Shown: positions 58,873 to 64,000 of the stretch, piece by piece | How the letters are laid out: each line of letters begins with the position of its first letter | Numbering within the stretch: the first letter of the stretch is position 1 | Translations under genes and position numbers: made by a program | Notes under the pieces: generated by a model | Databases searched by the model: none | Told to the model about the DNA's origin: nothing | What the model saw: the letters and a program-made list of their open reading frames with translations, nothing else | Assembly: GCA_964016885.1 (NCBI GenBank) | Contig: CAXHJY010000372.1 | Coordinates: 1 to 64,000 of the forward strand | From: Eledone cirrhosa | Lineage: Eukaryota | DNA length: 64,000 nucleotides | Reading direction: 5' to 3'

Positions 58873-59595
58873 TATATATGGCAGTGAATATGAAACGAAT
58901 TGTTTAGCTGGGAGCAGAGGGGGGGGGAGATAAGTGAGAAGAGTCGGGGTGGGGAGGAGAGACAGTTGAGGGTGGTGGGTGACTAGAGTAGGAGGTAGAT
59001 GAGGTTTGGGGCTAGGGTAGAAGGCTAGGGTAGGGGTTTAGAGGAGGGGTGCTAGGGTAGGGGGTTAGAGGAGGGTGGATGTAGTGGACTAGGGTAGTGG
59101 TTTGATGAGGAGGGATGGGGCTAGAGTAAGGAGTTAAAGGAAGGAGGAGGGGAGACAGTTGAGGGTGGATGAGGTGGTCTAGGGTAGGGGGTAGAAGGTC
59201 GGGTGGGGAAGGTAGGGTAGGGTAAAGATGCAGGTCAGGTTAGCTTGGGGTGTTTAAGGCATTCGTGAGGTTAAGTAAATAAGGGGTTTTTTGAGAGATT
59301 TTTATAGGACCTGGTGAAGAAAGAATGAGTGTGTGTGTGTGTGTATATATATGTGTGTGTATATGTGTGTGTGTATATGTGTGTGTGTATGTATGGGTAT
59401 ATATGTGATTGTGTATGTATATATGTGTGTGTATCTGTATGTGTGAAGTGGGGGTGAAAGGGAGGGGTTTGTACTTAAGACATACAAACTTCCTTGCTTC
59501 ATATTAGAAAAATAATCGTTCTTTCTTTCTCTCTGTCTCCCCCTCTCTCTTTTAACAACCCTACCCTAAGTTACTATATATATATATATATCCCT

Positions 59596-59691
<96 letters not shown>

Positions 59692-59828
59692 ATGTGTGTA
59701 TATATATGTATGTGTGTATATGTATGTGTGTATATCTATGTATGTATGTGTGTATATATGTATGTATGTGTGTATATATATATGTATGTATGTGTGTATA
59801 TATATGTATGTATGTGTGTATGTGTGTG

Positions 59829-59861
<33 letters not shown>

Positions 59862-60534
59862 ATATATCTATCTATATATATGTATTATACATATATATGT
59901 ATATGAATGTATATGTGTGTGTATAACACACATTTTGATTATAACGCTGTTGAAGTGTGTATACATTTTTTGGGGACACCCTGTATATAGTACCATGAAT
60001 ATTTCAGAACTTGCGATCAATTCTTTTGAGCACGTCACTTCCTGCTTAAAAAAGGTCAGAGGTCAAATGTCTTTTCTTCTCTTTGTTTTCTAATCACATT
60101 CGGAGGGAACTTCAAAGATCCCTAAAGCCCTCATCCACCCCACCTCATATACCCGACCACCCTTACTTTCCACAAAACATCCATTAATCCATTGACCAAA
60201 TAAATATCTTACTAGAATGTTTTCACTATGTCTACCTACCTAGCATAATGGATTAACCTGTTGGTAGTTTCTATATCTCTGATATAGGGGTCAGAGAGTG
60301 CAACATCTGGGGGAGGCGGGTATACACACCCCACCTAATGTATATATGTGTACATAAGAGAGAATGAATATATGTATGTATGATATAGTCGTAGGGGCGC
60401 CGTAGGCATTTCTTGGCCATTTTTTAAGCCCGGTTGAGCTCATCCCTCCCCAGGTCTGAGTACAGCAGATTTCTTCCAGAGATTAGAGAGGAAGAATCGA
60501 CCCCAGTACTAGACTGGTATTTTCTGACTTATTT

Positions 60535-60673
60535 CTGAACTAGCCGTCGAAACGGCCGGAGCTCAGCCGTTGGGGTCCTGACTCTTTTCATATTACCCAC
60601 TCTACTACCCTAAGTATCGAGTACTCTGGTGCATTATGGTCCACCTGGTATCTTCTTACCACACTTTCTTTTC

Positions 60674-60675
<2 letters not shown>
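60535..60675 (+). mobile_element. Family A element lacking the mirror arm
   Basis: CTAGCCGTCGAAACGGCCGGAGCTCAGCCGTTGGGGTCC plus the family body. Confidence 0.7.
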
Positions 60676-60718
<43 letters not shown>

Positions 60719-61595
60719 GGTTCGAACACAAAAGAACCAAACTCCCAAAGCTAAAAAGCATTTGATTGCCATATCGATCTTTGCATGGCGTACATTTCTG
60801 TCTCGTGACATTTTTCGTGGGGGGGCGCTCGCCCATTAACCCACCGGAGTTTACCTAAATGCCCGTATGACCTGGACCCCTCTGATTAGGGGTATATAGT
60901 ACAGGGTTGGTTTCGAATTACCATGTAGTATATCTAAACGGAAGATACTAAAAGCTCTTATCCACAGTCGCTGAGGCATTACATACATAATTTGGAGATA
61001 AATGTAAAAAGATGATAAAAAAAAAAGACTAAAACTTTCATCTTTAAAGATAAAAAATTATTGGTAATGATCCGAAAAAATTCTAATCACATAAACAGCA
61101 GCTAATTCCGAATATTTGGGTATTTAAAGAATTTAGAATGGAGGAGGTATGGTTTGATGGGTAGACATGGTTGTGTGGTTAAGAATTTCTCTCCAAGAAA
61201 ACCCACGTGCTTTCGAGGTTTTATCTAATCGGGGCCGATATGATGAAGTAACACGGCCCCTTCACACTTCAGTTCTTTAATTTATTTTCTTTTACATGAG
61301 ATTGCTGTTTATCAACAAGGTGATATACTCATCACCGCGCTCTGCATTTCTGAGTTCAAATCCCTCCCCACCTTGGGGTCAATGTTACCCTCTCGCCCCT
61401 TTCAGTTCAGGGTAGTGAATGAATTGGCGAGATTGTTAGAGAGTTGGACACAATACCTTATAGCAGAGGTCCCCAACCCCTGGATAAATAAATTGGGTAT
61501 AATACCAGTTTCTTTCCAAATGCGAAGAAGCTCGATATATTAACCCCTTAGGAAAATACACAGAGCATGATTTTTTAAAATTATATATATACAGT

Positions 61596-61790
61596 GGAGG
61601 GCAGAGGATTGACAGTATCAGTAGAGGGTCGGACGCCATGCTTTGTAGCATAGAGTTACACCCTTTTACGGTCTGAGTTCAAATCCCGCCGAGGTTAACT
61701 TTGCCTTTCATCCTTACGGGGTCGATAAAATAGAGTACCAGTAATGCACTGGTATAATTGCTGGCCTTGTGCCAAAAGTAGAAACAATTA
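61596..61790 (+). mobile_element. SINE type 1, full length
   Basis: Head through tail match; B box GAGTTCAAATCCC at ~61675. Confidence 0.88.
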
Positions 61791-62339
61791 TATATATACA
61801 GTGGCGGTAGAACTAGGGTGGGTGGTATGCCCCCACTCCAATTATTATATTTTCTCCCCAAACTACCAAAGCACACATCTATTTGGATATATGCTACAAT
61901 TTATGTACATCTTATATTTATCTCATATGAAAGTTTTCTGACCATTTTAGAGTGCAAACAGCTAAACTATTCACTACAACTAAATTGTCCAAATTTGGTC
62001 CCCAATCCCCACCAATTCAGAAATACCTCCACCGCTCCTGCTATGACGATAGATAAGCTAATCTTTTTGGCTTCTAACCTCACCTTTATTACAATCCTGT
62101 TACAGGATAAGTAACAAAGATATTTGAAGTAGAAGAAGGAGTGAGAGAGAGAAAGAGAGATTGCTCTCTCTCTCTCTGTCTCACCACCCAATAAATGTAA
62201 ATCTATTGGTATTTAAATAGCAGTCACAAAAGTATACATTTACACCCCCGCCACACATACACTGTCAGACTCACACACATATATATATATATATATATAT
62301 CTGTGTGTGAGTGTAGTCTATATATATACACATACATAT

Positions 62340-62531
62340 AATTTATCTACTTTTGGCACAAGGCCGGCTAATTCCCCAGTGTATTACTGGTATTTTATTT
62401 TATTGACCCCCCGTAAGGATGAAAGGCAAAGTTAACCTCGGCGGGATTTGAACTCAGAACGCAAAGGGCCATAGCTCTCTGCTGCAGAACATGGTGTCCG
62501 ACGCTCTACCGATCACTGCTAATCCCCCACC
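62340..62531 (-). mobile_element. SINE type 1, full length
   Basis: Reverse-complement match to 61596-61790. Confidence 0.88.
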
Positions 62532-62970
62532 CTAGATATAATGTCACCTTTCACTGTAGCTAGATGGAGAAGCAGTGTTGAAATGTCCAATGTCACAAGA
62601 TAACATAGAAAGCGACAGAATGACCAATTTTGCTGATAAACTGAAATCTTTTCCGTCGTTCAAGTCTTAACAAGGATTTGTGTTGGACGTCAACAGAAAT
62701 ATTTTACATCAACTGAGATTAAATATGTTGGTACTTCTCTACCACACTACCACACTACCACACTACCACACTACCACTCTACCACCACACATACCTTATT
62801 TAACCACTTTACGTATATGTATGTGTATATATATATATATCACTTTTCCTCTACTATAATCTTTTTACACCACTTTCTTCCACTCACCCGTCTATTCTTC
62901 ACTCCCACCCTAGTACCTTCAACCAATTCAACCCCACCCGTCCCTTCAATCTATTTTATTTCTCATTCTT

Positions 62971-63006
62971 TCTTCTGATGAAGGACTAGCGTCCGAAACG
63001 TTAAGA
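62971..63006 (+). ncRNA. Minimal type I hammerhead ribozyme motif
   Basis: TCTT-CTGATGA-A-GGAC-TAGC-GTCC-GAAAC-GTT-AAGA; helices I and II perfect; helix III is a loopless palindrome. Confidence 0.7.
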
Positions 63007-63519
63007 CCCTCTTCCTGCTATATGAAGCGTTAACCTAATATATTCCTTCCATATACTGTACCGATTGTGTTATATCTGTTTACCTTTTACAAATATATAT
63101 ATATATATATATAGTTTAATAAATGAACAGAGAACAAAAAACAGAAAAAGGAAGAGGCAGTACAAATGATATTAGTATTAGTTTCACGCTTGAGTGTGGG
63201 GAGGGTATATATATATATATAGTGTGTATTCCCTTCTCCTTACTCAACCGCACCACCCAAGACGACGAACATAACTGCCACCACAACCAATTCCACCAGC
63301 ACCACCATCATCATTGTCACCACCACCACCACCACCATCATCATTGTCACCACCACCACCATCATCATCCGTCAACAAATAGAATGAAGATGTTTTTCTA
63401 TAAAACAATATGTTGTGTTGTTCACAATCTCAATGTCGGGTTTGTCAGCAGCGAATCAATGGAGATAGTTTCTGATATATATATATAATATATATATATA
63501 ATATATATATATAATATAT

Positions 63520-63551
<32 letters not shown>

Positions 63552-63566
63552 ATATATATATATAAT

Positions 63567-63611
<45 letters not shown>

Positions 63612-63711
63612 GAGAGAGAGAGGGGGGAAGAGGTGTCAAAGTCAGAGTATAATAATTACATTATTCAGATGTGACAGGTGTTTCGCTATTGATCAGCTCA
63701 AAGTCCAATCC

Positions 63712-63905
63712 AACCATTTTGCTCGGGGTCTACCCCAGTGTCTCTTGCCGGTTGGTTCTATCCAGCAATTCTTTCCTGAGACATCCTAACCACATCTCCA
63801 TAGTATTGGAGCTGTCATCTCACAAGTAACATTACTCTAAACACTCGTCGGAGAAAACCCCATTCTCGTTCGCTTGTATTCGCGATCGTATTCTTTCGGT
63901 CATTA
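63712..63905 (-). mobile_element. RTE-clade LINE fragment
   Basis: Minus strand MTERIRSRIQANENGF...QLQYYGDVVRMSQER...GRPRAKW; same family as 8196. Confidence 0.8.
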
Positions 63906-64000
63906 CTCAAGATTCATATTCTCTAGTAGGTGATACGACCAATAACAAAACCAGAAATTCACTGCCACTCTACCACAGATATTTAATATACTATTACGTC

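Overview
This is a repeat-dominated eukaryotic window, intergenic or intronic. The SINE families, the LINE set and the extreme (TA)n/(CA)n/(GA)n content resemble octopus (coleoid cephalopod) DNA, but that assignment is inferred from memory and not from a database hit. I found no supportable intact protein-coding gene, tRNA, rRNA or CRISPR array, and nearly all listed ORFs are microsatellite artefacts. Recognisable elements are two tRNA-derived SINE types, decayed RTE and L1/Tx1 LINE fragments, a Penelope-like (PLE) GIY-YIG endonuclease remnant, Tc1/mariner, piggyBac, Tigger and hAT-type non-autonomous elements, and several minisatellites. The most interesting signal is a set of about six type I hammerhead ribozyme motifs, mostly close to (TA)n tracts. 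Alongside them are long fold-back hairpins that keep a hammerhead 3' half (helix II-GAAAC-helix III-GUC) but carry a copy-specific mirror image where the CUGAUGA strand should be. Also worth checking are an identical duplicated exon-like block, a candidate 15-nt microexon, a 44-bp hairpin-forming satellite and an unexplained GC-rich island.
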